This document shows positions 50,169 to 59,826 of a stretch of 64,000 bases of DNA, one piece after another (the stretch's first letter is position 1; each line of letters opens with the position of its first letter). The notes under the pieces are model-generated. The model searched no databases and had not been told where the DNA came from. It saw only the letters and a program-made list of their open reading frames with translations. Made by a program: the position numbers and the translations under genes. Source of the stretch: Minisyncoccota bacterium (lineage in GTDB: Bacteria > Patescibacteriota > Minisyncoccia > Phycocordibacterales > UBA1550); NCBI GenBank assembly GCA_023229865.1, contig JALNYL010000003.1, forward strand, positions 22,109-86,108, written 5' to 3'.

Positions 50169-50249
50169 GTGTTATTGAGTATACCAGAAAGGGCGCAAAG
50201 GACGGAGTCCTTTGCGCCCTTTCACTTTTTACTTTTTACTTTTCACTTA

Positions 50250-52154
50250 TTACTTATTCTCCCCTTCCTTGTACTCTGCGTCATGCACGGTGCCTTCTGC
50301 GCCTGCTGGGTTCTCACCTGCTCCCTGCGCTCCCGCTGCCTGTGCGCTCTCTGACTGCTTCATCATTTCTTCACCAATCTTCGAGAGTTCATCTGAGAGT
50401 TCCTGTGATGCCTTCTTCATCGCTTCTGCATCGGTCCCTGCGCTTGCAGTCTTTGCTGCAGCAATCTTGCCCTCTACGGCAGTCTTAAGATCAGCAGAAA
50501 CTTTGTCACCGTTGTCACGAAGTGCTTTCTCTGCAGTGTAAACCATCTGCTCAAGATTGTTCTTGGTCTCTACGGCAGCGTGCTTGAGAGCATCTTCTTC
50601 AGCATTCATCTCGGCTTCTTTCTGCATACGAGCGATGTCGTCCTTTGAAAGTCCTGAGCTTGCTTCGATACGGATTGATTGCTCCTTGCCCGTGGTCTTC
50701 TCCTTTGCCTTCACCTGGAGAATACCGTTGGCATCCACATCAAACGATACCTCAACCTGAGGAATACCGCGTGGTGATGGTGGAATACCATCGAGGATGA
50801 AACGACCAAGTGACTTGTTGTCAGCGGCCATTGGGCGCTCACCTTGTACAACGTGGATCTCTACTGAGGTCTGGTTGTCCGCTGCTGTCGAGAATACTTG
50901 TGAACGTGATGCAGGGATCGTGGTGTTCTTCTCAATGAGCTTTGTTGCAACACTTCCAAATGTCTCGATACCGAGTGAAAGTGGAATAACATCGAGAAGC
51001 AAAACATCCTTCACGTCGCCCTGGAGAATACCTGCCTGAATAGCAGCACCGATAGCAACCACTTCGTCTGGGTTGATTGAACGATTTGGCTCCTTACCAA
51101 AGAGCTCCTTCACGGCGTTTACAATAGCGGGCATACGAGTCTGTCCACCAACCATGATGATCTCATTGATGTCCTCCTTCTTGAATGGAGATGCGGCGAG
51201 AGCACGCTTGGTAATCTCAATTGACTTCTCAATGTATTCACGAGCGAGATCCTCGAGTGTTGCGCGAGAAATCTTCATGAGAAGGTGCTTTGGACCATCT
51301 GAGCCTGAAGTAATAAATGGAATGTTGATTTCCGCTTCTGTTGTGGTTGAGAGCTCATGCTTTGCCTTCTCTGCGGCCTCCTTGAGACGCTGAAGTGCCA
51401 TCACATCGGTTGAAACATCAATACCTGACTCCTTTTTGAACTCACTCGCAATGTAGCCAATGATCTTCTGGTCGATATCTTCTCCACCCATGTGCACATC
51501 GCCGTCGGTCGACTTCACTTCGATCACATCGCCACCAACCTCAAGTACTGATACGTCGAAGGTACCACCACCAAAGTCGTAGACCACAATCTTCTCATCC
51601 TTCTTTTTATTAAAACCATATGCGAGCGCTGCTGCGGTAGGCTCGTTGATGATACGCTTCACATCAAATCCTGCGATAGTTCCTGCGTCCTTTGTCGCCT
51701 GGCGCTGTGAGTCGTTGAAATATGCTGGCACGGTAATAACCACCTCAGTGATCTTCTCGCCAAGCTTTGCTTCTGCATCTGCCTTGAGCTTCTGGAGGAC
51801 CATCGCTGAGATCTCTTCAGGACGATACTGCTTGTCGCCCATCTTTACCTGCACGCCACCAGTTGCTGACTTTTCCATAGCAAACGGTACGGTCTTCATA
51901 TCACGCTGAACACCCTCGTCCTCGAAGGTATGTCCGATCATACGCTTGATGCCGTAAAGTGTGTTCTGAGGATTGGTTACCGCCTGACGCTTTGCGAGGA
52001 GCCCCACCAATCGTTCACCACTTTTTGAAACTGCAACAATCGATGGTGTCGTGCGTGCGCCTTCAATATTTTCTACGATACGTGGCTCGCCACCCTCAAT
52101 GATAGCAACCGCGCTGTTTGTTGTACCCAAGTCAATTCCTAAAATTTTTGCCAT
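50250..52154 (-). CDS. dnaK: molecular chaperone DnaK
   Basis: IDLGTTNS, DxGGGTFD Hsp70 signatures, 634 aa. Confidence 0.97.
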   Translation of the reverse strand: MAKILGIDLGTTNSAVAIIEGGEPRIVENIEGARTTPSIVAVSKSGERLVGLLAKRQAVTNPQNTLYGIKRMIGHTFEDEGVQRDMKTVPFAMEKSATGGVQVKMGDKQYRPEEISAMVLQKLKADAEAKLGEKITEVVITVPAYFNDSQRQATKDAGTIAGFDVKRIINEPTAAALAYGFNKKKDEKIVVYDFGGGTFDVSVLEVGGDVIEVKSTDGDVHMGGEDIDQKIIGYIASEFKKESGIDVSTDVMALQRLKEAAEKAKHELSTTTEAEINIPFITSGSDGPKHLLMKISRATLEDLAREYIEKSIEITKRALAASPFKKEDINEIIMVGGQTRMPAIVNAVKELFGKEPNRSINPDEVVAIGAAIQAGILQGDVKDVLLLDVIPLSLGIETFGSVATKLIEKNTTIPASRSQVFSTAADNQTSVEIHVVQGERPMAADNKSLGRFILDGIPPSPRGIPQVEVSFDVDANGILQVKAKEKTTGKEQSIRIEASSGLSKDDIARMQKEAEMNAEEDALKHAAVETKNNLEQMVYTAEKALRDNGDKVSADLKTAVEGKIAAAKTASAGTDAEAMKKASQELSDELSKIGEEMMKQSESAQAAGAQGAGENPAGAEGTVHDAEYKEGENK

Positions 52155-52222
52155 AATATTTTGTGATTACAATTAATGAGACTATTAAATGATTCGACTT
52201 TCTTCTTTGTTCTAAATATCTT

Positions 52223-52849
52223 CTACTCTGTTGGATGCCCAAACGCTTTTACTTTTGCGGGGCGGATTACTTTATTGTGTAAACGATATCCCTTTTGAAC
52301 AACTTCTGAAATAGTATTTGCTTCTTTTTCAGACGGCGTCGGGATCTCCTCTATCGCAACGTGGAGATGGGGGTCAAACGTCTCGCCTGCCTTGCCAATC
52401 TCCGTGAGTCCGCGCGATTCAAGAATAGAATACATTTGAGCGTAAATATATTCAACCCCCTTGCGCCAGTTGGCATCTACCTTCTCCCACGCCTCTTTGT
52501 TGCCAAAGGCCATTGAGAATGAGTCGAGGACAGGAATGAGATCATCCACGAGTCCTTCTGATGCAAATTTGATCATCTCACCACGTCTCGTCTCCTCCTC
52601 TTTGCGGGCATTTGCGAAGTCCGCGCGCATACGCTGCCACCCATCGAGATAGTCCTTTTTCTCCTTCTCGCAGGTCTTGAGCTTCTCGCGAAGCTTCTTC
52701 AAAGCCTGTGCTGGATTCTCCATTTCTTCATCATCCTCGTATTGGAGGTCATCACTATACACAGCGTTTTCTTTTGTGTCAAGTGTGTCGTTTTCTGCCT
52801 CCAAACCCCCTATTTTCTTATCTTTTTCTTCGTTTTCGTTGTTTGTCAT
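52223..52849 (-). CDS. grpE: nucleotide exchange factor GrpE
   Basis: coiled-coil plus GrpE C-terminal beta-domain motifs. Confidence 0.9.
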   Translation of the reverse strand: MTNNENEEKDKKIGGLEAENDTLDTKENAVYSDDLQYEDDEEMENPAQALKKLREKLKTCEKEKKDYLDGWQRMRADFANARKEEETRRGEMIKFASEGLVDDLIPVLDSFSMAFGNKEAWEKVDANWRKGVEYIYAQMYSILESRGLTEIGKAGETFDPHLHVAIEEIPTPSEKEANTISEVVQKGYRLHNKVIRPAKVKAFGHPTE

Positions 52850-52994
52850 ATTGGATTCTTATCTTACCATATACCCAAAAAATCAAAAAATTGCTTGGCC
52901 ATAACCCGTATTTCACGCCCTATTTTCCGTAGTTCCCTAGTATATACAAAATTTTAGAGATGTAAATTTCAAAAGAAAGGAATCTGATTCTATC

Positions 52995-53423
52995 TTACTT
53001 AGTTTTTAAATACGTTTTTTCTATTTTTAAAATAGATCCAACAATCATTATCGTATAAAATATTCCAAGAACTAGAAACAAGAAATCCTGACCCATACCT
53101 AGATACCCACCTCCCCCACCCATATATTCAAAAAAGAATGTTGTGGCGATAATAATAACAACCCATTTGCGAGCAAAATTCCACCATGCACGAAAAACTT
53201 GTTCTTTCATCCAGTAGGTAACAAGGGAAAGAAACAACAGAGATAGAGACAAGAATCCCACCAGTTGACCAAGTGATTCAGAGAAAATACTCCCATCTCT
53301 ACAATATTCTGTACCACTTGACCAGACTGCAATATTTTTACATAACCCAAAAGCAACAGGATAGCTGGACACGAAAGAATATACAAAGGCTCCAAGGGCA
53401 GTAAGTAGTACGATTTTTTTCAT
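52995..53423 (-). CDS. membrane protein, family member 1 of 4 (true start MKK; upstream MCNGGIMLG is promoter read-through)
   Basis: signal-like N-terminus + 3 TM, G5 run; identical 5' cassette to the three upstream genes. Confidence 0.6.
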   Translation of the reverse strand: MKKIVLLTALGAFVYSFVSSYPVAFGLCKNIAVWSSGTEYCRDGSIFSESLGQLVGFLSLSLLFLSLVTYWMKEQVFRAWWNFARKWVVIIIATTFFFEYMGGGGGYLGMGQDFLFLVLGIFYTIMIVGSILKIEKTYLKTK

Positions 53424-53460
53424 TCCTAACATTATCCCACCATTACACATTAAAAGAAAG
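53424..53460 (-). promoter_or_regulatory. conserved leaderless promoter cassette (extended -10 TGgGATAAT, 7 nt before ATG), copy 1
   Basis: 37-nt block identical or near-identical in four copies. Confidence 0.55.
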
Positions 53461-53492
53461 AGCGGATTGTTTTCGACAATCCACTCTTTCTT
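53457..53492 (-). terminator. rho-independent terminator after family member 2
   Basis: 10-bp stem (one G-U) gagtggattg/caatccgctc on transcript, flanked by A/T runs. Confidence 0.55.
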
Positions 53493-53551
53493 AATTTTGT
53501 CTTTACCAATAGAGTTTGAAAATCAAAGGTACCTGACCGCTTTTCCAAGAT

Positions 53552-53959
53552 TTATATTGCATTTCGACCATGACAAGGTTTCAGATTTTCACAAGTAATG
53601 ACCGCCCCACAAGTAGGGTCAAAATCGCTTATATAATTTGTTGGGATGCTTATTATATAAGCAAGGTAGAGCAGATATTTCCCCAAAACAAACACCACGA
53701 TACCTAATATTATTAATACAAACATCTTAGCCACTCTAACCTCATGCCACAGAATTTGATTCAAACGTTTCTTTTTATACACAAATAGCGACACCAGCCC
53801 CACAGCGAAGAGAGCAAGGGGGGTATAACTTTTTTCAACAGCACACGACTTCAGGTCTATAGTTTTCTCAAGTAGTGGATCCCTGTGATCTAAGAAGGGT
53901 GCACTCATCGCAACCAACGGAAGCAGAAGGAACAAGCCTACTAATAATATTTTCTTCAT
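53552..53959 (-). CDS. membrane protein, family member 2 of 4
   Basis: MKKILLVGLFLLLPLVAMSAP signal-like start; 2-3 TM; C-terminal Cys pair. Confidence 0.6.
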   Translation of the reverse strand: MKKILLVGLFLLLPLVAMSAPFLDHRDPLLEKTIDLKSCAVEKSYTPLALFAVGLVSLFVYKKKRLNQILWHEVRVAKMFVLIILGIVVFVLGKYLLYLAYIISIPTNYISDFDPTCGAVITCENLKPCHGRNAI

Positions 53960-53996
53960 TCCTAATATTATCCCACCATTACACATTAAAAGAAAG
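53960..53996 (-). promoter_or_regulatory. conserved leaderless promoter cassette, copy 2
   Basis: same 37-nt block. Confidence 0.55.
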
Positions 53997-54008
53997 GATC
54001 CTGTCTCC

Positions 54009-54779
54009 CTATCTCACGGCGGTATGATCATCATGATAATGCAGTATTCTGTACCCCGACAAGGGAACGAACAAAGGAGATGCTGTTGCTATTAGTGTGC
54101 TTAGCGCAAGTACTATAATTGCAATAATTAACCTCCAACTAATTATGCTTCTGTGGGTTAATCGCCTGAAAGCCAACACGGCAGACCAAAGGAATAAGAA
54201 CAAAAACTGTATGGTTGAGGCACCGACAGATACTAATAGTGCTACAAAGTCACCAGTATTCAAAATTATCGCCGTCAGGGGCACCACATAAATATTTGAA
54301 AGGAAAAATACGGCACTTGCGAAAGATCCGACATACAAAAAGAAACGCGACATCCAACCAGCCTGCTCCTTGTACAATATACTCAAGACCCCCAGTAATA
54401 CATAAGCATTAAAAACAAAGGACACGGTGACAAATCCAAGGAGTAGGTAATCTTTTAAAATATAATCCCAAAAGAAAAGTGCCGAGGGAATTGAGCAAAG
54501 CAAAAGAGTAAACCCCGCTAACGAAGACTGAATCAATGATTTCTCGGTAAATTTAATTTTAGTTCTTTTATCCACAAATAATAGAACTGCTCCGACAAAA
54601 AGAATAAGTGTCGGAAGAAGTGTAGTGTTAAAGAGAAGATAAACACCCATATTACTAATAAATAACTCTGAACCTGGATGCCCGTACATTGGAATATCCC
54701 CACTATACAAAATAGGAGCTGAGTAAGAGATCAGTGGGAATACAAAAATTGAAGTTAATAGCAATAACAACTTTTTCAT
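54009..54779 (-). CDS. polytopic membrane protein (~8 TM), family member 3 of 4
   Basis: MKKLLLLLTSIFVFPLISYSAP start; highly hydrophobic. Confidence 0.6.
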   Translation of the reverse strand: MKKLLLLLTSIFVFPLISYSAPILYSGDIPMYGHPGSELFISNMGVYLLFNTTLLPTLILFVGAVLLFVDKRTKIKFTEKSLIQSSLAGFTLLLCSIPSALFFWDYILKDYLLLGFVTVSFVFNAYVLLGVLSILYKEQAGWMSRFFLYVGSFASAVFFLSNIYVVPLTAIILNTGDFVALLVSVGASTIQFLFLFLWSAVLAFRRLTHRSIISWRLIIAIIVLALSTLIATASPLFVPLSGYRILHYHDDHTAVR

Positions 54780-54816
54780 TCCTAATATTATCCCACCATT
54801 GCACATTAAAAGAAAG
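54780..54816 (-). promoter_or_regulatory. conserved leaderless promoter cassette, copy 3
   Basis: same 37-nt block (one substitution). Confidence 0.55.
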
Positions 54817-54848
54817 AGCGGATTATCGAAAACAATCCGCTCTTTCGT
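54813..54848 (-). terminator. rho-independent terminator after family member 4
   Basis: perfect 10-bp stem agagcggatt/aatccgctct, 9-nt loop. Confidence 0.6.
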
Positions 54849-54898
54849 AATTTTGTCTCTATCAATAGAGTTTGAAAATAAAAGGTACCTGACCGCTT

Positions 54899-55294
54899 TT
54901 ACTTCTGCAGTGTAATGTATTTTGAAATAATAAGGATGATAGATGTGACGAAAAATAGACCTGAAAGAAGCATCGAGATTGGCTCGATAAACGAAATATC
55001 TCTATTGCTTTTTTCTAAAACAACAAGAATGCTAACAATCAGGAAATAAGCCGGGACAGCAAGAAGAACAAAACGAGTCCAGAAATGAAAGATTTCACCT
55101 CTTAAGGGATATGTAACTAACGAAATAAAAAGCAGAGGAATAAAAATAAAGAAGTAAGAATTTATATTATCTAATGCTTTCCACAGACCCCAGCAGTGCC
55201 CTCCATCCACGCAAAAATTATAAGCCTGTGGTGAATAAATTAAGATTCCAACAGCAAGTCCAATAATACTAAACAATAGAACAGTTTTTTTCAT
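54899..55294 (-). CDS. membrane protein, family member 4 of 4 (closest to member 1)
   Basis: MKKTVLLFSIIGLAVGILIYSP start; SLVTYP... segment homologous to member 1. Confidence 0.6.
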   Translation of the reverse strand: MKKTVLLFSIIGLAVGILIYSPQAYNFCVDGGHCWGLWKALDNINSYFFIFIPLLFISLVTYPLRGEIFHFWTRFVLLAVPAYFLIVSILVVLEKSNRDISFIEPISMLLSGLFFVTSIILIISKYITLQK

Positions 55295-55331
55295 TCCTAA
55301 TATTATCCCACCATTACACATTAAAAGAAAG
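55295..55331 (-). promoter_or_regulatory. conserved leaderless promoter cassette, copy 4
   Basis: same 37-nt block. Confidence 0.55.
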
Positions 55332-55351
55332 GATTCTGACCCCGTTTACAT

Positions 55352-56248
55352 TTATTTTTGAGTACTAATTAGATGGTCTCCCAAACCATCCTCTCTATCA
55401 TTTAAAGCACGTTTAAGCTCGGGGCGTAACCAATCTGGGGTGTCCGCAGGAAGATACCCCAGATTAAAAATTCGATTCAACGATGCGCTTTGACATTTAG
55501 GGGCTCTACCCCTGCCATCAATTGTCAAAAACGAAAAATTAATTTCAAAAAAATTCACAAGACATTCAGTGTCCATTTGATAATCAAATTTTGTATCAAT
55601 TTTTCCCCCATCATCGTGCGTAAGATACTCCATGGTCGCTAAATACTTTTTAGTAGCATTTAGCCCAACAAATGACTTTGTGTCTTTGTTGATGTAATCG
55701 GCACGCATTAGCTTAATTTCCTCGTTCAGTAAAGCTGTTTGCTGGATGTAATACAAGAAAAATCTATACTGGATTAACCCAAAAGTATTTTGAAGTGTTT
55801 TTCTTGCATCATCACTTATACTGTCTTCAATATAAGATTCAGGAAGAGAGGAGATGCCTTCCCCTGCCATTAAATTCATTCTCTCGTTTGAATTTGAAAT
55901 AAATATATCTTGATTCGTAATAAGATTTTTATATACCGCTTCAATTTGCGCACGCTCATTTATCCCTCTTTGGTGGGCTGGCACCCAAACAGCAACACCG
56001 ACGGAAGCAAGCACAGTAAGCAGCGCAACAACAATAGACCTAAAACCTACTTTTTTTGAAATATCTGCTTGCTTTTCTGAGTTCTTTATCTGTTCCTGAT
56101 TCAACAAAAACTGCTTTTGACTTTCTAGGGTATCAATTTCAGCAGAAATTTTTTCTTTATCAAACAAGATAAACTGCCCAAGAAAACCAGCGTTTTCAGC
56201 TAGTAATTTTTTCTTTTCCTGTATTTGTTCTTGGATATCATTGATTTC
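55352..56248 (-). CDS. hypothetical membrane-anchored protein (start at MEINDIQ; longer ORF would include the upstream terminator)
   Basis: coiled-coil N-terminus, one TM (IVVALLTVLASVGVAVWV), AT-rich. Confidence 0.5.
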   Translation of the reverse strand, partial: EINDIQEQIQEKKKLLAENAGFLGQFILFDKEKISAEIDTLESQKQFLLNQEQIKNSEKQADISKKVGFRSIVVALLTVLASVGVAVWVPAHQRGINERAQIEAVYKNLITNQDIFISNSNERMNLMAGEGISSLPESYIEDSISDDARKTLQNTFGLIQYRFFLYYIQQTALLNEEIKLMRADYINKDTKSFVGLNATKKYLATMEYLTHDDGGKIDTKFDYQMDTECLVNFFEINFSFLTIDGRGRAPKCQSASLNRIFNLGYLPADTPDWLRPELKRALNDREDGLGDHLISTQK

Positions 56249-56276
56249 CATAATTATTAAATTCAATGATAACACA

Positions 56277-56298
56277 AAACCACCCAAATGGGTGGTTT
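56277..56298 (-). terminator. rho-independent terminator downstream of rpsI
   Basis: stem aaaccaccc/gggtggttt, loop aaat, T/A runs both sides. Confidence 0.65.
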
Positions 56299-56452
56299 TG
56301 TGAAATGATTTCAAACGTTCAAATATTGGGATGTTACGCTCTAAGGTTTATCTCGAGATGAATACGAGGCACGGAAAAAGCGCCCGCGGAAGGTGTACAT
56401 ATAGTACTCCGACCAAGGGCGCTTTTTTTCGTAACGAAGTAGTCGCTCGAGA

Positions 56453-56908
56453 TTAACGCTTAGACCATTGAGGGGCCTTACGTGCTTTCTTCAAACCGAA
56501 CTTACGTCTCTCCTTCATTCTAGGATCACGCTTGAGGAAGCCGAGCTTCTTGAGACGCTTACGAGTCTCTTCGTCGTACTTCACGATTGCGCGTGCAAGT
56601 CCATGACGAATCGCTTCTGCCTGTGAGTGGATACCGCCACCGATAACCTTTGCGCTCACAGTAAACTTACCAGGAACCTTTGACTTCTCGATTGCATCAT
56701 TGATGATCGCTTGAAGTTCTGCTGTAGGGAAATATGCAGCAACAGTCTTGTCGTTTACGGTCACACCTTCCTTGGTGCCCTCGGTAATACGAACGCGCGC
56801 TGTTGAAGTCTTGCGACGACCAACTGCCTCGATGTAGCGAGCTCCTGTCTTCACTGCCTTTGGTGCCTTTACAGCTACCTCTTCCTTTGTTGTTGTATCT
56901 GTCGTCAT
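56453..56908 (-). CDS. rpsI: 30S ribosomal protein S9 (with N-terminal extension)
   Basis: conserved S9 core ending ...KARKAPQWSKR. Confidence 0.93.
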   Translation of the reverse strand: MTTDTTTKEEVAVKAPKAVKTGARYIEAVGRRKTSTARVRITEGTKEGVTVNDKTVAAYFPTAELQAIINDAIEKSKVPGKFTVSAKVIGGGIHSQAEAIRHGLARAIVKYDEETRKRLKKLGFLKRDPRMKERRKFGLKKARKAPQWSKR

Positions 56909-56909
56909 A

Positions 56910-57257
56910 TTATTCTGTAACTTTTAAATTCTTCATACGAGCCTTATGCAAACGGTTGCGAGGGATCATACGTGAAATAGCGCGAAGGAAAACATCACTA
57001 TAGCCCTTCTTCTCAATAGTGTACGCAACGGTACGCTCCTTGAGTCCTCCAGGGAAACCAGAGAACAACTTGTGATGAACAGTCTTCATCTTTGAAGGCG
57101 CGATTGATGCCTTTGAAGCATTTTCAATCACAACCTCAACATCCGCAACCAAGTTGTTCTGGAATGCAGGTGAAGTCTTGCCCATAAGAATCATTGCAGC
57201 CTCAGTGGCTACACGTCCTACAGATTTTCCTTTTGCGTCAATTTTGTGTGATGTCAT
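56910..57257 (-). CDS. rplM: 50S ribosomal protein L13 (N-terminally short, 115 aa)
   Basis: IDAKGKSVGRVATEAAMILMGK aligns to L13 residues ~14 onward; in-frame stop 4 codons upstream of ATG. Confidence 0.88.
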   Translation of the reverse strand: MTSHKIDAKGKSVGRVATEAAMILMGKTSPAFQNNLVADVEVVIENASKASIAPSKMKTVHHKLFSGFPGGLKERTVAYTIEKKGYSDVFLRAISRMIPRNRLHKARMKNLKVTE

Positions 57258-57305
57258 AGTAGTAATATTTTAGTGCGTATTGGTCATGTCCAAGACATGA
57301 ATTTG

Positions 57306-57668
57306 CTAATTCACGAATTCAATAACGGCCATCTTCGATGCGTCGCCCTGACGACGTGGAAGCTTCATAATGCGTGTGTAGCCACCTGCACGCTCCTTGT
57401 AGCGAGGTGCAATCTCCTCAATAAGCTTCTTTGCACCCTCCTCACCTGACACACCACCGAGGCGTGAGATGATAAGACGGCGAGATGCGAGATCTGCAAA
57501 TCCACCACGAGTCACAAGCTTCTCAACGAATGGGCGGAGCTCCTTGGCGCGAGCCTCGGTAGTCTCAATATGCTCAGTTTTGATGAGAGAAAGTGCGAGT
57601 GAGCGAAGAAGCGCAATGCGTCCTGCGTGATCTCGTCCAAATTTTCGAATCGACTTGTGATGTTTCAT
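57306..57668 (-). CDS. rplQ: 50S ribosomal protein L17
   Basis: MKHHKSIRKFGRDHAGRIALLRSLA canonical L17. Confidence 0.93.
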   Translation of the reverse strand: MKHHKSIRKFGRDHAGRIALLRSLALSLIKTEHIETTEARAKELRPFVEKLVTRGGFADLASRRLIISRLGGVSGEEGAKKLIEEIAPRYKERAGGYTRIMKLPRRQGDASKMAVIEFVN

Positions 57669-57695
57669 AGTAGTAAATGTAAACCTAATAAATTA

Positions 57696-58667
57696 TTAAT
57701 CCTTGAGGGTAATGCTGTGTGCGGCAAGTGCGCGCTTGATTTCCTGGATTCCCTTGTCGCCCAAACCGTCGATTTCCAAAAGGTCCTCTTCAGTCTTGCG
57801 TGCAAGACCTCCAATCGTACGAATGTTTGCGTTTGAAAGCGCATTGTTGGTACGTGTCGAAAGGTCAAGATTTTCAACGCGTGTCTTCAAGAAGTCGTTG
57901 TCTGCAGCGTCCTTCTTTGCAGGCTTGTCTTCCTCCTTGGCCTCAACCTCAGCAATGGCCTCAACCTCTGCCTTTTCTACAAATCCGATAACTGACTTGA
58001 GCTGGTTGATCATAATCTCAATCGATGCTTCGAGAGCACGACGAGGAGAGATAGTACCATCAGTCTCTACGGTAAGGCGGAGACGGTTGTAGTCAGTACG
58101 ATCACCAACGCGCATGTTGTCTACTTCGTAGTTTACGCGACGAATCGGTGTGAAGATTGCATCAAGTGCAATAGTTCCAATGTCTACCTTCTCCTTCTGA
58201 TGAATCTCCTTGGCAACATAGCCGAAGCCCTTTGCAACAACGATCTCAATATTGAGTGATGCGTTCTTGTCGGTAAGGGTCGCAATGTGCTGCTCTGGGT
58301 TCAAAACCTCAACCTGGCCTGAGACCTTGATGTCACCCGCGGTAACATCTTTTGCTCCCTTCACAGAGAGCGTCACGGTCTGTGACTCCATAGTTGAAAG
58401 CTTGAAACGAGCCTTCTTCAAATTGAGAAGAATCGTAATAACATCTTCCTTCACGCCCTCGATTGTTGAGAACTCATGCTGAGCGCCCTCAATCTTTACG
58501 GTTGTGATCGCAGCACCAAAAAGTGATGAGAGGATAATGCGGCGAAGTGAGTTGCCGAGTGTGTGTCCGTACCCAGGGTAAAGACTTTCGATCTCGTAAG
58601 TTCCTTTAAAACCGTCCTCTGAGAGAACTTTTGGCTTCGATGGCAATGTAATGTTGTAGTCGAGCAT
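57696..58667 (-). CDS. rpoA: DNA-directed RNA polymerase alpha subunit
   Basis: N-terminal dimerisation domain and C-terminal alpha-CTD (HhH) motifs. Confidence 0.95.
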   Translation of the reverse strand: MLDYNITLPSKPKVLSEDGFKGTYEIESLYPGYGHTLGNSLRRIILSSLFGAAITTVKIEGAQHEFSTIEGVKEDVITILLNLKKARFKLSTMESQTVTLSVKGAKDVTAGDIKVSGQVEVLNPEQHIATLTDKNASLNIEIVVAKGFGYVAKEIHQKEKVDIGTIALDAIFTPIRRVNYEVDNMRVGDRTDYNRLRLTVETDGTISPRRALEASIEIMINQLKSVIGFVEKAEVEAIAEVEAKEEDKPAKKDAADNDFLKTRVENLDLSTRTNNALSNANIRTIGGLARKTEEDLLEIDGLGDKGIQEIKRALAAHSITLKD

Positions 58668-58727
58668 TGTGGTGTAAATTTAGACGAAACTATAGCTTAT
58701 TTTGATAAAAGCAAACGGGATACTGAA

Positions 58728-59339
58728 TTAACGGCTGTAGAACTCAACAACTGACGTGAGATTAAATGACATCTCGGTCTGTCCCGGCTTTGGCTTGCCC
58801 TGGAACGTTGCAGTAATCTTCTCAGCGTCAATCTTGAACCATGTTGGCACGGTCAAAGTTTTCAAACGCTCACTCAAACCTTCAAAAAGTTTCGTGTTCA
58901 TACTTCCTGGACGAACAGCGATTACGTCGCCAACCTTCATGCGACGTGACGCGATATTGCTGCGGCGACCGTTCACGGTGATGTGACCGTGAGATACGAT
59001 CTGGCGAGCAAGTGCGCGTGAAGTTACAAAACCAGCACGGAATACTGCATTGTCCAAACGTGACTCGAGAGCCTCGAAAAGATATTCTGCAGGATTGATT
59101 CCCTGCTTTCCCGATGACTCCTTTACGTAATTTGAAAACTGCTTTTCGCTCACGCCGTAAGTGTGGCGAACCTTCTGCTTCTCACGAAGCTGGCGGCCGT
59201 AGTCAGTCACGGTTGAACGATGCTTCTTTTCAGAAATCAACTTTCCTGGTGGGTACGGACGCTTCTTAAAAGCGCACTTCTCACGTCCGCAAATGGTCTC
59301 CCCGAGACGACGACAAACTTTACATGTAACTCTGCTCAT
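58728..59339 (-). CDS. rpsD: 30S ribosomal protein S4
   Basis: N-terminal Cys4 ribbon (CKVCRR...CGREKC), S4 RNA-binding domain. Confidence 0.93.
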   Translation of the reverse strand: MSRVTCKVCRRLGETICGREKCAFKKRPYPPGKLISEKKHRSTVTDYGRQLREKQKVRHTYGVSEKQFSNYVKESSGKQGINPAEYLFEALESRLDNAVFRAGFVTSRALARQIVSHGHITVNGRRSNIASRRMKVGDVIAVRPGSMNTKLFEGLSERLKTLTVPTWFKIDAEKITATFQGKPKPGQTEMSFNLTSVVEFYSR

Positions 59340-59364
59340 ATGTGATAATTAATAAATTGATGGT

Positions 59365-59799
59365 TTAAATTCTTCGTGGCTTCTTTGGCTTTGGTCCGTT
59401 GTGAGGAACCGGTGTTACGTCGCGGATTGATGAAATATCAATACCTTTTGAGTTTACGGCGCGAATCGAACTCTCACGACCAGCTCCAACGCCCTTTACG
59501 ACAACATCAACTGATTTCATACCAATCATTGCTGCCTTTTCTCCAACAAGCTCACCTACCTTTGCGGCTGCAAACGGTGTCCCCTTCTTTGCTCCCTTGA
59601 AACCAAGTGAACCTGAAGATGACCACACGAGCGCGTTGCCAGCCTTGTCCGCGAGAAGCACCTTGGTGTTGTTGTATGTTGATTGAACGTAAAGAACACC
59701 CTCAATAATCTTCTTCTTTGCGGTACGTGCAAGAGCGCGAGATACCAATCCCTGATCAACGCTCTGTCCTTCTTTTTTAATAATTCGTTTTTTGCCCAT
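59365..59799 (-). CDS. rpsK: 30S ribosomal protein S11
   Basis: canonical S11 core (GVLYVQSTYNNT...). Confidence 0.93.
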   Translation of the reverse strand: MGKKRIIKKEGQSVDQGLVSRALARTAKKKIIEGVLYVQSTYNNTKVLLADKAGNALVWSSSGSLGFKGAKKGTPFAAAKVGELVGEKAAMIGMKSVDVVVKGVGAGRESSIRAVNSKGIDISSIRDVTPVPHNGPKPKKPRRI

Positions 59800-59826
59800 A
59801 GTAGTTGTGGTCTTGTTGGTAATCTA

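Noticed and set aside
52850-52994. Looked for a CIRCE (TTAGCACTC-N9-GAGTGCTAA) heat-shock operator upstream of grpE-dnaK-dnaJ
   Set aside because: No match found upstream of grpE or in the dnaK-grpE spacer; no hrcA in window.
52995-55321. Conserved N-terminal peptide MCNGGI(I/M)LGMKK on four ORFs, suggestive of a shared leader peptide
   Set aside because: The conserved part is DNA-level identical promoter sequence (extended -10) that happens to contain an in-frame ATG; the real start is the MKK Met 27 nt downstream.
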